A stretch of DNA of 64,000 nucleotides. It comes from Alphaproteobacteria bacterium (lineage in GTDB: Bacteria > Pseudomonadota > Alphaproteobacteria > MPNO01). Shown piece after piece: positions 19,024-29,308 of this stretch (positions are counted from its first letter, which is position 1; each line of letters starts with the position of its first letter). Location: contig OZ219866.1 in assembly GCA_964291675.2 (NCBI GenBank), positions 512,001 through 576,000 of the forward strand, written 5' to 3'. A model generated the notes under the pieces. The model ran no database searches. It was not told where the DNA came from and worked only from the letters and a program-made list of their open reading frames with translations. The translations under genes were made by a program, and so were the position numbers.

Positions 19024-19808
19024 CAAAGATCGATATCGACGGACACCGGCACGTGGTCGGACGGGTGCGGCCAGCCGCGCGCCTCGCGCAGGACCTGGGC
19101 CCCTTTCAGCCTGGGCGCAAGGCGGGGCGTCACCCAGATGTGGTCGAGCCGCCGCCCGCGGTCGCTTCCCGGCCAGGTGCGGTTGCGATAGCTCCACCAG
19201 GTGTACAGCGGCTGCTCGGGCGGGATGTACCTGCGCACCGCGTCGACCCAGCCCCAGCTCTGCCGAACCCGGTCGAGCCCGTCGACCTCGACCGGGGTGT
19301 GGCTGACCACGTTCAAGAGCTGCTTGTGCGACCAGACGTCGGTCTCCAGCGGCGCGATGTTGAAGTCGCCGAGCAGGATCCGCCGCCCGGGATTGCGCGC
19401 GGCGCACCACTCGGCGAGCTCGGCGACGAAGTCGAGCTTGTGGGCGAATTTCTCGTTCTGCCGCGGATCGGGAATATCGCCGCCGGCCGGGACGTAGAGC
19501 GAATGAACCTCCTCGCCCCCGGGCAGGCGCGCGACCGCGTGGCGGCCGTCGTCGCGGCCGCACCAGCGGACGGGACGGCCGCGCCGCAACGGCACGCGCG
19601 ACAGGATCGCCGTCCCGTTATAGCCCTTGAACCCCTGTACCACCTGGTGCGGGTATCCCATCGCCGCGATCTCCCCGGCGGGGAAGGACTCGGTCTCCAC
19701 CTTGATCTCCTGGAGGCAGATCAGATCGGCGTCGAGCGTCGCGAGCACGCGCTGCAACAGTTCGAGCCGGAGCCGGACCGAGTTGATGTTCCAGGTCGCC
19801 AGCCGCAT
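19023..19808 (-). CDS. xth: Exodeoxyribonuclease III
   Basis: MRLATWNINSVRLR, CLQEIK, LYVPAGG, GDFNIAP, YTWWSYR, RLDHIW, SDHVP. Confidence 0.93.
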   Translation of the reverse strand: MRLATWNINSVRLRLELLQRVLATLDADLICLQEIKVETESFPAGEIAAMGYPHQVVQGFKGYNGTAILSRVPLRRGRPVRWCGRDDGRHAVARLPGGEEVHSLYVPAGGDIPDPRQNEKFAHKLDFVAELAEWCAARNPGRRILLGDFNIAPLETDVWSHKQLLNVVSHTPVEVDGLDRVRQSWGWVDAVRRYIPPEQPLYTWWSYRNRTWPGSDRGRRLDHIWVTPRLAPRLKGAQVLREARGWPHPSDHVPVSVDIDL

Positions 19809-19810
19809 CT

Positions 19811-20605
19811 TCAGGCGGCGCCCGCCCGGGGGAGGCGGGCAAGGGCGTGCGCGCGCGCGGCATCGCCGAAGGCCCTGAACAGCGCGCCGGACAGCGCATG
19901 CTCCCGATAGCGATGCTCGGCATGCCACTGCACGCCCACCGCGAAGGTATCGGTGCCGGCCAGCCGGATCCCCTCGACAAGCCCGTCCGGCGCGGTCGCC
20001 TCCACCTCCAGCCCGTCGGCCAGCCGGTCGATCCCCTGGGCATGGGCGGTGTTGACCTCGATCGCGCCGGCCCCGATCAGCCGCGAAAACAGCCCTCCGG
20101 GGGTGAGCGAAACCCTGTGCAGCTTGCCGAACCGTTCGTCGATGTCGCCGTCCCGCGGCATCCGGTGATCCAGCTTGCCCGCCACCAGATGCACCCGGTA
20201 GTGGAGCGAGCCGCCGAGAGCGACGTTCATCTCCTGCAGGCCCCGGCAGACGCCGAACACCGGCACGCCCCGGCGGACGCAGGCGCGGATCAGCGGCAGG
20301 ACCGTATTGTCGCGCGGCGGGTCGCGGTACTCGTCTTCGGGAAAAGGCGGCCCGCCATAGTGGTGCGGCTCGATATTGGTGCGGCCGCCGGTGAGGAACA
20401 GGCCGTCCAGCCGGTCCGCCATGACGTCGAAATCGAATTTTTCCGCCAGCGCCGGCACGAGAAGCGGATCGGCGCCCGAGCCCTCGCGAACCGCCTTGAT
20501 ATAGCGTTCGCCGATACCGTGGGTGGGGATCGAGTGCCCGGGGAGATGGACCAGGCCGACCGGAATTCCGACCAGGGGGCGCGCGCCGGGCTCTCGAATT
20601 TGCAT
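19811..20605 (-). CDS. Gamma-glutamyl-gamma-aminobutyrate hydrolase family (PuuD-like, peptidase C26)
   Basis: LDGLFLTGG, FGVCRGLQEMNVALGGSL, VNTAHAQG, GVQWHAE. Confidence 0.88.
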   Translation of the reverse strand: MQIREPGARPLVGIPVGLVHLPGHSIPTHGIGERYIKAVREGSGADPLLVPALAEKFDFDVMADRLDGLFLTGGRTNIEPHHYGGPPFPEDEYRDPPRDNTVLPLIRACVRRGVPVFGVCRGLQEMNVALGGSLHYRVHLVAGKLDHRMPRDGDIDERFGKLHRVSLTPGGLFSRLIGAGAIEVNTAHAQGIDRLADGLEVEATAPDGLVEGIRLAGTDTFAVGVQWHAEHRYREHALSGALFRAFGDAARAHALARLPRAGAA

Positions 20606-20755
20606 CTGTTCCGTCAAATCCCGCGCCCGCCGGCCCCGGATTTCGGGCGCGATGCCTCTAGCATGCGGGCGCGAGGCCCGCAAGGCGGCGCGGCGCGGTC
20701 CGTTCTCTCCGCGGGCGCCCCTGGCGCCCGACAACCGTCCGCGAAGGCAGGTGGC

Positions 20756-22201
20756 TCACTCGGCGGCGACGGAAAACTCCGGAATCGACGCACCGCCCGT
20801 CATGTCGGCGAGCTCGTCCTCGAAGAAGAACTTTTCCTCGCCGAAGGCGGGCCGCAGGTGGTTGAGCCACGTCGCTTCGGGGTTGAAGGCGGCGAAGAAC
20901 GGACGTCCCACCCATTCGGGATTCCGGCCCTGCAGGAAGCGCAGCACGAACACCTTCTCGCCGCGCACTTCCTCGACGCCGAGCACCTCGACCTTGCCCG
21001 GAGTCGCGCTCATGCTGGGTCCCCGGACCGTGCGGGCGAGGCCGGAAACGCTGCGCACCGCCCGGTTGAAGATGGTCCACACCTTGTCCAGCGGCACCTC
21101 GAAGTAGCACTTGGCGCCGGTGTCCCGCTCCACGAACATGTAGTAGGGGATGATGCCGAGGGCGACCTGTTCCCGCCACATGCGCTCCCAGACCTCGGGA
21201 GAGTCGTTGACATGGGCGAGCGCCGGCGCCTGGCTGCGGATCACCGCGCCGGTGGCGCGCAGCAGGCGGATCGCCTCGCGCGCCACGTCGGTGCCGAACT
21301 CCTGCCAGTGATTGAAATGCGCCATGATGGCCACGCTCTTGCCCGAGGCGACGACGCGCTCCAGCAGGCGCAGCATGTCGGCGGCATCGCCGTCGGTGAC
21401 GAAACGCCGCGGCCAGAATGTCAGCGCCTTGGTGCCGATCCGGATATTGCGGATATGGTCGAAGCGCGGATCGTCGATAAGCGGCTGCAGATAGCGCTCC
21501 ATCACGCGGGTCTTCATCACCATGGGGTCGCCGCCGGTGATCAGCAGGTCGCTGACATCGGCATGGCCGGCGAGGTAGTCGTGCAGCCCGCTGGCCTCGT
21601 TGGCGGCGATCTTGTAGGTCTTGTCGCCGACGAACTGGGCCCAGCGGAAGCAGAACGAGCAATAGGCGTGGCAGGTCTGCCCCTGGCTCGGGAAGAACAG
21701 CACCGTCTCGCGGTACTTGTGCTGCAGCCCCTCCACGGTTCCCTGTTCGGTCTGCGGGATGTTCAGCTCGCGCTGGCCGGCGGGATGCGGGTTCAGCCGG
21801 TCGCGGATGTCGGCGACCGCGGCGTTGACGTCCTTCGCCGGCGCATCGCGTTTCATCAAATCCGCAACCCGGTCGAAATCCGCCTCGTCCAGCATTCCCC
21901 GCTGGGGAAAGGTGATCTGATAGACCGGATCGCGGGGCACGTCGTCCCAGTCGATGAGACTGTCCATGACGTACCCGTTGGAGCGGAACGGCAGGACGCT
22001 GCTGACCACCTTCATGCCGAACCGGTCTTCGCGGGACAGCTTCTGTAGCTGGGGAATCTGGTCGAGATGCTTGGCGGTGATCGGGCTGAACCGCTCGCCC
22101 GAGAAATCGGGCGTCAGGGAGGCGGCCGGCGAAAATTCGGCCGAAGCACCGCCGGTCTGCGCGTCGTCATGCCGCGCGCTCGCTTCATGTTCGGAGGTCA
22201 A
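20756..22201 (-). CDS. KamA-family radical SAM aminomutase (lysine 2,3-aminomutase-like)
   Basis: GLQHKYRETVL, CHAYCSFCFRW (CxxxCxxC), LITGGDP, IRIGTK, HFNH, PYYMF, SATPGK; TTG start with AGAGGAG RBS. Confidence 0.88.
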   Translation of the reverse strand: MTSEHEASARHDDAQTGGASAEFSPAASLTPDFSGERFSPITAKHLDQIPQLQKLSREDRFGMKVVSSVLPFRSNGYVMDSLIDWDDVPRDPVYQITFPQRGMLDEADFDRVADLMKRDAPAKDVNAAVADIRDRLNPHPAGQRELNIPQTEQGTVEGLQHKYRETVLFFPSQGQTCHAYCSFCFRWAQFVGDKTYKIAANEASGLHDYLAGHADVSDLLITGGDPMVMKTRVMERYLQPLIDDPRFDHIRNIRIGTKALTFWPRRFVTDGDAADMLRLLERVVASGKSVAIMAHFNHWQEFGTDVAREAIRLLRATGAVIRSQAPALAHVNDSPEVWERMWREQVALGIIPYYMFVERDTGAKCYFEVPLDKVWTIFNRAVRSVSGLARTVRGPSMSATPGKVEVLGVEEVRGEKVFVLRFLQGRNPEWVGRPFFAAFNPEATWLNHLRPAFGEEKFFFEDELADMTGGASIPEFSVAAE

Positions 22202-22354
22202 GGATAGTGTCTCCTCTAAGTCGACAGCTCCATGCCGCGCCGTCGCTTGTGCGGCGAATCTGTATCCTCTCGTGCCTTTCAGGTTAGTCGACGGGCGGGA
22301 AAACGTCAAATTCGCGCCGCAAATCGGCACCGGACGCGTCCTCCCGCTCCCGCT

Positions 22355-22990
22355 TCACCCATCGGTCTGGGGCCTGATATAGCGGTCCGGATCGAAATCG
22401 AACACGCTGCGGTCGATGGAGCGGTTGAAGCTCGGCCGCACCAGCGCGACCCGCGTCCGCACGCCCTTGGGATCGATCACCACCCAGTTCCTGAGGACGA
22501 GCGGGTTCCGCCCGAAGGTCAGGATCACCGAGCCCGCCTCGGGTTCCTCCGACCGCACGACCTCGACGCGGATCGTCTTGGCATCCATGCCGATCCCGGC
22601 GACCTGCACCTTGCCCGACAGCGAGACCTTGTCGCCCACCAGAAACGCAGCAGGGGTACGCGACAGCGGCACGTGGGTGACTTCCTCGAGCTCGGTGTCG
22701 ATATAGATCAGCCAGGAACCGTTGACGTAGATCTGCAGCGTGGACGGCGGTTGGTAGTCGAGCCGCATGCTGTCGGGCCGCGCGACATAAATCCTGCCAC
22801 GGGCGAAATCGCCGTTGGAGGAGGACTGAATGAAGTCCGATTCGATCGTCCGCAGGCTGCCGAGATAGGCTTCGATGCGCTCCACCGTCTGGGCGGCGTT
22901 CTCGGCGGCGGAGAATGCCGGCACGGAAGCGGCAAACCCCGCGGCCAAAGCGAGCGCGGCGAAGAGCCGGGCGAAGGGAGTGTGCTTCAT
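22355..22990 (-). CDS. lolA: Outer-membrane lipoprotein carrier protein
   Basis: Signal peptide; FIQ...G.IYVARP..MRLDY..P, PLSRTP; immediately downstream of ftsK. Confidence 0.88.
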   Translation of the reverse strand: MKHTPFARLFAALALAAGFAASVPAFSAAENAAQTVERIEAYLGSLRTIESDFIQSSSNGDFARGRIYVARPDSMRLDYQPPSTLQIYVNGSWLIYIDTELEEVTHVPLSRTPAAFLVGDKVSLSGKVQVAGIGMDAKTIRVEVVRSEEPEAGSVILTFGRNPLVLRNWVVIDPKGVRTRVALVRPSFNRSIDRSVFDFDPDRYIRPQTDG

Positions 22991-23065
22991 GCGCGTGCCA
23001 TACCAGTGGGCGCCAAACCGCGGCCGGACCGCAAGGCTGCGGGTTCGCGCACCCTGCACCCTACA

Positions 23066-25411
23066 CTAGTCGGCTGCGGGCGCGAGCACCTGACGCTTGC
23101 CGACATGGTTGGGCGGGCTGACGACCCCGTCCGCCTCCATCCGCTCGATGATCCGGGCCGCCCTGTTGTAGCCGATCTTGAGATGCCGCTGGACGAAGCT
23201 GGTGGAGGCCTTGCCTTCCCGGCATACCAGCGCGAGCGCCTCGTCGTAAAGGGTGTCCGCCTCGCCGTCGCCGCCGAGGAGATCGGCGGGCGCGGCCGGA
23301 TCGACCGCCTCGGTGACATCCTCGACATAGTCCGGTTCGCCCTGTTCGCGCAGAAAGCCGACCACGCGCTCGACCTCCTCGTCGGTGACCAGCGGACCGT
23401 GGACGCGGCTGATCCGCCCGCCGCCGGCCATGTACAGCATGTCGCCCTGTCCGAGGAGCTGCTCGGCCCCGCCCTCGCCCAGGATCGTCCGGCTGTCGAT
23501 CTTGGAGGTGACCTGAAAGCTGACCCTGGTCGGAAAATTGGCCTTGATGGTGCCGGTGATCACGTCGACGGAAGGCCTCTGGGTCGCCATGATCAGGTGA
23601 ATGCCGGCGGCGCGCGCCATCTGCGACAGGCGCTGAACCGCCCCTTCGACCTCCTTGCCGGAGACCAGCATCAGATCGGCCATCTCGTCGACGATCACCA
23701 CGATGAAGGGAAGCGGCGTCAGGTCGATGGGCTCCTCCTCTTCCACCGGCCGGCCCTCGGCGTCGAACCCGGTTCGCACGGTGCGCGTAAGCACCTCGCC
23801 CTTTTTCTTCGCCTGCTCCAGCCGCGCGTTGAAACCGGCGATGTTGCGCACCCCGAGAGTCGACATCGCGCGGTACCTGTCCTCCATCTCGCGCACCGCC
23901 CAGCGCAGCGCGACCACCGCCTTGCCCGGATCGGTGACGACCGGCGTCAGCAGATGCGGAATCCCGTCATAGACCGACAGCTCGAGCATCTTGGGGTCGA
24001 TCATGATCAGCCGGCATCGTTCGGGAGAGAGCCGGTAGAGCAACGACAGCACCATGGTGTTGATCGCGACCGACTTGCCGGAGCCGGTCGTGCCGGCGAT
24101 CAGAAGATGCGGCATGCGGGCGAGGTCGACCAGGATCGGCGTGCCGCCGATATCCTTGCCGAGAACCAGGATCAGCGAGCCGCTCGCCCGGTCGAGGGCG
24201 GTGGATTCGAGCAGCTCGCGCAGCGCGACGATTTCCCGCCCCCGGTTCGGCACCTCGACGCCGATCACGCTGCGTCCGGGCACCACCGCGGCGCGCACCG
24301 AGACCGCGCTCATCGAGCGGGCGACATCGTCGGCCAGCCCGATCACCCGGGACGACTTGGTGCCGGGCGCGGGCTCGAGCTCGTAGAGCGTCACCACCGG
24401 GCCCGGGCGCACCCGGGTGATCGTGCCCTGGACGCCGAAATCGTTGAACACCGATTCGAGCAGGCGCGCGTTCTCCTGCAGCGCATCCGCATCGACGTTC
24501 GACGAGCGCGGCGGCGGCGGCGGCGGTGCCAGCAGGTCGAGCGGCGGCGTCCGGTAGACGGCGCCCGCGGCCTCGAAGTCGAGCTTGGGTTGGCGGCGCC
24601 GGCTCGCGCGTTCGGGCTGGCGCGGCCTGGGAGCGTCCATGGCGACGACCGGCGCGCTCTCCGCCTTGGTTTGGACGGGCGCGGGGCGGCCGACCTCCGG
24701 CTCCTGCTTTACGGATGGCGGGGCCTCCCGCGCGGCGGCAAAACGGCGCAGCGGGCTGACGAGACCGCGCCCGGCAAGACGCGCGGCGCGCCACGCGGCC
24801 CGGCCGATGGCCAACCATTCGCGCCGCTCCATTCCCATCGCGAGCAGACAGGCCGCAAGGCCGAGGACACCGAAGAAAGCGGCGACCGCCTCGCTGCCGA
24901 CGGTAAGGCGCCGCAGCACCGGCTCGCTCAACGCCGCCAACGCCATTTCGCCGAGCAGGCCCCCGGCGCCGGCGGGCAAGGGCCAGGACGGCTGCACCGG
25001 CAGGGCGCTGAACGTCATGGCGCCCAGGAACAGCGCTCCCGGCAGCATGGTGAATCTGAGCCACAGCGGACCCAGCCCGCGATGGGAGGCGATCCGCCAG
25101 GCCCAGGACAGCAGGACCAGCGGCAGCAGCCAGGCCGCAAAGCCCGTCGTCTGGGCGAAGAAATCGGCAAACCACGCCCCCGGGATTCCGAGCGCGTTGT
25201 GCGTTGCCGCTTCCGCCTCGCCGGGGATCAAGGACAGGTCGTCGGGACGATAGGTGTAGAGCGCGATCGCGGCCGCCGCCCCGGCCGCGCCGACGGCCAG
25301 GCCGCAGAGCTCGACCAGCCGGCGCCGGAGAAAACCGGCGATGCGCGACGTCCGGCCGCGGCGACCGGGGACCATGACCACGGCATCGCCCGTCTCCCGC
25401 GCCCCGGCCAT
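23066..25411 (-). CDS. ftsK: DNA translocase FtsK
   Basis: N-terminal 4TM; GPVVTLYE, MPHLLIAGTTGSGKS, IDPKMLELS, VDEMADLM, ATQRPSVDVITG; gamma domain IGYNRAARII. Confidence 0.97.
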   Translation of the reverse strand: MAGARETGDAVVMVPGRRGRTSRIAGFLRRRLVELCGLAVGAAGAAAAIALYTYRPDDLSLIPGEAEAATHNALGIPGAWFADFFAQTTGFAAWLLPLVLLSWAWRIASHRGLGPLWLRFTMLPGALFLGAMTFSALPVQPSWPLPAGAGGLLGEMALAALSEPVLRRLTVGSEAVAAFFGVLGLAACLLAMGMERREWLAIGRAAWRAARLAGRGLVSPLRRFAAAREAPPSVKQEPEVGRPAPVQTKAESAPVVAMDAPRPRQPERASRRRQPKLDFEAAGAVYRTPPLDLLAPPPPPPRSSNVDADALQENARLLESVFNDFGVQGTITRVRPGPVVTLYELEPAPGTKSSRVIGLADDVARSMSAVSVRAAVVPGRSVIGVEVPNRGREIVALRELLESTALDRASGSLILVLGKDIGGTPILVDLARMPHLLIAGTTGSGKSVAINTMVLSLLYRLSPERCRLIMIDPKMLELSVYDGIPHLLTPVVTDPGKAVVALRWAVREMEDRYRAMSTLGVRNIAGFNARLEQAKKKGEVLTRTVRTGFDAEGRPVEEEEPIDLTPLPFIVVIVDEMADLMLVSGKEVEGAVQRLSQMARAAGIHLIMATQRPSVDVITGTIKANFPTRVSFQVTSKIDSRTILGEGGAEQLLGQGDMLYMAGGGRISRVHGPLVTDEEVERVVGFLREQGEPDYVEDVTEAVDPAAPADLLGGDGEADTLYDEALALVCREGKASTSFVQRHLKIGYNRAARIIERMEADGVVSPPNHVGKRQVLAPAAD

Positions 25412-26607
25412 CACAACACCCCGGCCAGCCGGGTCAGCGCATCGCGCGCGGTATCGCGGTCGTGCACCAGCGCCACCCGGATATAGCGCCGGCCCGGATC
25501 GTCCCCGTCCCCGCCGGGACGCGCGACATAGCAGCCGGGGAGAACCCGCACCGCGGCCTCGGCCCAGAGGCGACGCGCCGCCGCCTCCCCGTCGCCGACA
25601 TCGAGCCACAGGTAGAACCCCCCCGGCGGCCGGTAGAATCCGAGCCGGCCGTCGAGCAGCTCCTGTGCGATGTCGATCTTGTCGCGATAGAGCCGGCGGC
25701 TCGCCTCGACATGCCCTTCGTCCGCGAGCAAGGCTTCGGCCGCCGCCAGAAGCGGCATGGGCGGCGCCGCGCCGCCATGGTCCCGGAGCCGGACATAGAC
25801 GTCCATGAACTCGGCGTCGCCGATGGCGAACCCGACGCGCAGACCGGGGACGCTGGACCGCTTGGACAGCGAGTTGAAGACCACGACCTTTTCGAGCCCG
25901 CCGCCGAGGTCCCGGCAGGCCTCGATCATGCCGGGCGGCGGCGGACGGCCCCGGTCGTAGATCTCGCTGTAGCATTCGTCGGAGACCAGCACGAAGTCGT
26001 GCCGGCGGGCGAGCCCGACCAACCGCGCCAGACGGCCGAGCCCGGCGATCGCACCCTGCGGGTTGGACGGGGTGCAGAAATAGGCCAGCGCAACGCGCGC
26101 CAGGATATCGGGATCGACACCCTCGTAATCGGGCAGGAAGCCGTTTGCCGCATCCGCGGGCACGCAGACCGGCTCCGCGCCGGCCGCGATCGCGGCGCCG
26201 AGATAGACCTGGTAGAACGGGTTGGGCATGAGCACGACCGGCCGGCCGCCCGCCTTGCGCTCGGGCACCGCCGCCAGCGCCGCCATGAACAACGCTTCGC
26301 GGGTGCCCGAGACCGGCACCACGTTGCGCGCCGGGTCGATCGCCGTTTCCGGGCAGCGGTAGCGTCGGCAGGCCCAAGCGGCGATGGCGGTGCGCGCACC
26401 GTCGGTTCCGCGCATCGGCGGGTAGCGGCCCCACAGCTCGTGCTCGGAAAGGATCGCGTCCCGGATCATGCAGGGCGGCGCATGGCGCGGCTCGCCGAGG
26501 GAGAGCGCGATCGGCTCCAGCCCGGGCGCCGGCCGGACCGGGCCGAGCAGCGCGCGCAGGCGATCGAAGGGATAGGCGCCGATCTGAGAGAGACGGTCGT
26601 TCAGCAT
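25411..26607 (-). CDS. Class I/II PLP aminotransferase (succinyldiaminopimelate aminotransferase-like)
   Basis: YPFDRL, LSLGEP, GTREALF, PNPFYQVY, PSNPQG, DECYSEIY, SLSKRSSVPGLRVG. Confidence 0.9.
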   Translation of the reverse strand: MLNDRLSQIGAYPFDRLRALLGPVRPAPGLEPIALSLGEPRHAPPCMIRDAILSEHELWGRYPPMRGTDGARTAIAAWACRRYRCPETAIDPARNVVPVSGTREALFMAALAAVPERKAGGRPVVLMPNPFYQVYLGAAIAAGAEPVCVPADAANGFLPDYEGVDPDILARVALAYFCTPSNPQGAIAGLGRLARLVGLARRHDFVLVSDECYSEIYDRGRPPPPGMIEACRDLGGGLEKVVVFNSLSKRSSVPGLRVGFAIGDAEFMDVYVRLRDHGGAAPPMPLLAAAEALLADEGHVEASRRLYRDKIDIAQELLDGRLGFYRPPGGFYLWLDVGDGEAAARRLWAEAAVRVLPGCYVARPGGDGDDPGRRYIRVALVHDRDTARDALTRLAGVL

Positions 26608-26858
26608 TGGCCGGCCATGGCTCCGGGCAAGCCGCGCACTCTAGCCGCAAGCGAGGCTGGCGCACAAGCGCCGCTTCATCCCGTTACCTACAGTATATTG
26701 AGGGCCTGTTTCGAATCTTTCCCAGATATTGGGGCGATTCGTATCGACCCGTTATGTCGGAGCCGGACCTGTCCGGCCCCCCGCGAACCGGCAGGGCGCG
26801 CTATAGTGGCAGCAGGATCGGTCGATCCCGATGCGGGAATGACGGCGGCGGCCAGGCG

Positions 26859-28064
26859 ATGGACTTCCAGGTAGTTGTCGGCGGGGGCGGCATGGTGGGC
26901 CTCACCCTCGCCGCCGCGCTGGGTGCCGCCGGGGTGACGGTCGCGGTGGTCGACCGGAGACCGGCGTCGACGATGAAGGCGCCGTCCTTCGACGGCCGCG
27001 TATCGGCCATCGCGCGCGGCTCGCGCACCATACTGGACGCGATCGGCGTCTGGGACGGGATGGCGGCGGAGGCGGAGCCGATCCGCGGGATTCGCGTCTC
27101 CGACGGCGCTTCGCCGCTCCACCTCCACTACGACAGCGCGGAAGTCGGCGCCGACGCGCTCGGCTATATCGTCGAGAACCGTCACATCCGCCGCTCCCTC
27201 CTCGAACGGATCGCGGCGCTGGACGGCGTGGCTCTGCTGGACGGCAAGTCGATCGGGCGGCACGCGCGCGACCCCATCGCGGCCCGCGTCGCGCTCGACG
27301 ACGGCCGCGTCGTCACCGCCTTCCTGTTGGTCGCGACGGATGGCCGGGACTCCCCGCTGCGACGGGCGGCCGGGCTGGGCGCGGTCGAATGGCGCTACGA
27401 CCAGACCGGGATCGTCTGCACCGTCGCTCACGAACGGCCGCATCGCGGCATCGCCCAGGAGCGGTTCCTGCCGGCCGGCCCGTTCGCGATCCTGCCGATG
27501 ACCGGGCACCGCTCGTCGATCGTCTGGACCGAGAAGGCGGACATCGCGGCGCGCATCCTCGCGCTCCCGCCGGACGGGTTTGCCGACGAGCTCGCATGGC
27601 GGTTTACCGGCTATCTCGGCGCGCTCAAGGTCGAGGGGCCGGTGTTCTCCTATCCGCTGGCGCTGACGCTGGCGGAGCGCTATACGGCGAACCGGCTTGC
27701 CGTGGCGGGCGATGCGGCGCATGCGATCCATCCGATCGCGGGCCAGGGCTTCAATCTCGGCATCCGCGACGCGGCGGCGCTCGCCGAGGTGATCGTCGAT
27801 GCCGCGCGGCTCGGTCTCGACATCGGCGCGGCGACGGCGCTGGCGCGCTATGCGCGCTGGCGGCGGGCCGACAATCTGGCGATGCTTGCCGCCACCGACG
27901 GGCTGAACCGGCTGTTCTCCAACGACCACGCCGCGCTGGCGCTGGGCCGACGGCTGGGCCTGGCGGCGGTCGGCCGGATCCCGCCCCTCAAGCGCCTGTT
28001 CATGCGCCATGCGATGGGCGAGCTCGGCGAAAAGCCGCGCCTCGCCCGGGGAATCCCCCTCTGA
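26859..28064 (+). CDS. UbiH/UbiF/UbiL-family FAD-dependent ubiquinone biosynthesis hydroxylase
   Basis: VVGGGGMVG, DGRVSAI, ATDGRDS, QERFLPAGPFAILP, GDAAHAIHPIAGQGFNLG. Confidence 0.92.
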   Translation: MDFQVVVGGGGMVGLTLAAALGAAGVTVAVVDRRPASTMKAPSFDGRVSAIARGSRTILDAIGVWDGMAAEAEPIRGIRVSDGASPLHLHYDSAEVGADALGYIVENRHIRRSLLERIAALDGVALLDGKSIGRHARDPIAARVALDDGRVVTAFLLVATDGRDSPLRRAAGLGAVEWRYDQTGIVCTVAHERPHRGIAQERFLPAGPFAILPMTGHRSSIVWTEKADIAARILALPPDGFADELAWRFTGYLGALKVEGPVFSYPLALTLAERYTANRLAVAGDAAHAIHPIAGQGFNLGIRDAAALAEVIVDAARLGLDIGAATALARYARWRRADNLAMLAATDGLNRLFSNDHAALALGRRLGLAAVGRIPPLKRLFMRHAMGELGEKPRLARGIPL

Positions 28065-28079
28065 TTGCGCCTCGGCGGC

Positions 28080-28895
28080 TCACGCCGCATCGATGTCGAG
28101 TATCTCCGCCACCTCCGGCCAGCTCTTGGCACCGTTCGCCCTGAGCTGCCCGGTCAGCTCCGCGGGCATCCAGTCCCAGATCGCCGGCTGAAAGCTCGCC
28201 CGCGCCTTGACGTTGCCGAGCCAGGCCTCGACGCGGGGCAGCCTGCCGCCGGACCACATCCCCTGCATCGACAGCATGTCGAGCCGCATCACATAGGGCG
28301 TCACGGCGATGTCGGCGAAGCTGTACCCGTCGCCGACCAGCCAGTCGCCCTCCTGCAGCGCCTCCTCCATCTTGTGCAGGTAGCGGTCGTAGAGCTCCAC
28401 CTTGCCGCGCGCGTCCGGCGCCTCGAAGCCGAGCCGCACATAGGTCTTCTTGCGCTCGTGCCAGTCCGCGGACACCGAGAAGGGCGGCGTGGAATCGAGG
28501 AATTCCTGCATCCGTTCCTCCCCCAGCGCCCGGATCGTGTGGCGGTGGGACGACATGAAGGTCAGCGCGCCGCAGGCCGGATGAAGCTCCTCGTCCACCG
28601 CCTTGGTCCAGTAGCGCACCTCGGCGCGCAGCACCGGGTCCTCGGGGCGTATCCGGCGGTCGGCGAACACGTCGTCGAGATACTCGCAGATCACCGACGA
28701 TTCCCGGATCGTCGTCCCGTCATGCACCAGGGTCGGGACCACCGCCTTCGGGTTGAGCTTCCTGTATTCGGGCGTGAACTGCTCGCCCTTGAGGATGTCG
28801 ATGTAATGCCCCTCCCAGGCCAGATGCTTCTCTTCGAGATAAAGCCGCACCTTCGCCGCGCAGACGGACGAGCCGTGGTGGTAGAGCTCAAGCAT
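28080..28895 (-). CDS. Glutathione S-transferase family protein
   Basis: LYHHGSSVCAAKVR, LNPKAVVPTL, ESSVICEYL, WLVGDGYSFADIA. Confidence 0.9.
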   Translation of the reverse strand: MLELYHHGSSVCAAKVRLYLEEKHLAWEGHYIDILKGEQFTPEYRKLNPKAVVPTLVHDGTTIRESSVICEYLDDVFADRRIRPEDPVLRAEVRYWTKAVDEELHPACGALTFMSSHRHTIRALGEERMQEFLDSTPPFSVSADWHERKKTYVRLGFEAPDARGKVELYDRYLHKMEEALQEGDWLVGDGYSFADIAVTPYVMRLDMLSMQGMWSGGRLPRVEAWLGNVKARASFQPAIWDWMPAELTGQLRANGAKSWPEVAEILDIDAA

Positions 28896-28932
28896 GTTCT
28901 TCTTTCCCGCTGTTCGTCCGCGGTCCCGGCGC

Positions 28933-29307
28933 TCAGGGATCGCGGCTCAACCCCGCGCCTTCCAGCGCCTCCAGATACTCTCGCCACAGCCGGTCCCGGT
29001 TGCGGCCCAGCTCGTACAGATAGCTCCACGAGTACAACCCGGTATCGTGCAGGTCGTCGAACACGATGCGCACGGCGTAGTTGCCCACCGGCTCCAGCGT
29101 CATGATGCCGACGTGACGCCGTCCGGCGACCAGCTGCTTCTGGCCCGGCCCGTGCCCGCGGACTTCCGCCGACGGGCTCTCGACGCGCAGGAATTCCGCA
29201 GGCAGGGCGAATGAGGCGCCGTCGTCGAACTCGACTTCGAGGATCTTCTCCGCCGATCTGAGGCGCAGCGCGGTGGGCCAGGGCGTGGACACTTCGCGGC
29301 TCGCCAC
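28933..29307 (-). CDS. DUF971 / gamma-butyrobetaine hydroxylase N-terminal-like protein
   Basis: EFLRVESPSAEVRGHG, PVGNYAV.I.FDDLHDTGLYSW.YL. Confidence 0.9.
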   Translation of the reverse strand: MASREVSTPWPTALRLRSAEKILEVEFDDGASFALPAEFLRVESPSAEVRGHGPGQKQLVAGRRHVGIMTLEPVGNYAVRIVFDDLHDTGLYSWSYLYELGRNRDRLWREYLEALEGAGLSRDP

Positions 29308-29308
29308 A

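Noticed and set aside
22232-25486. Very long alternative ORFs (1084 aa here; also 52135-55452, 9198-11648, 59559-61904)
   Set aside because: They are antisense shadows of real genes caused by high GC codon bias and show no recognisable motifs.
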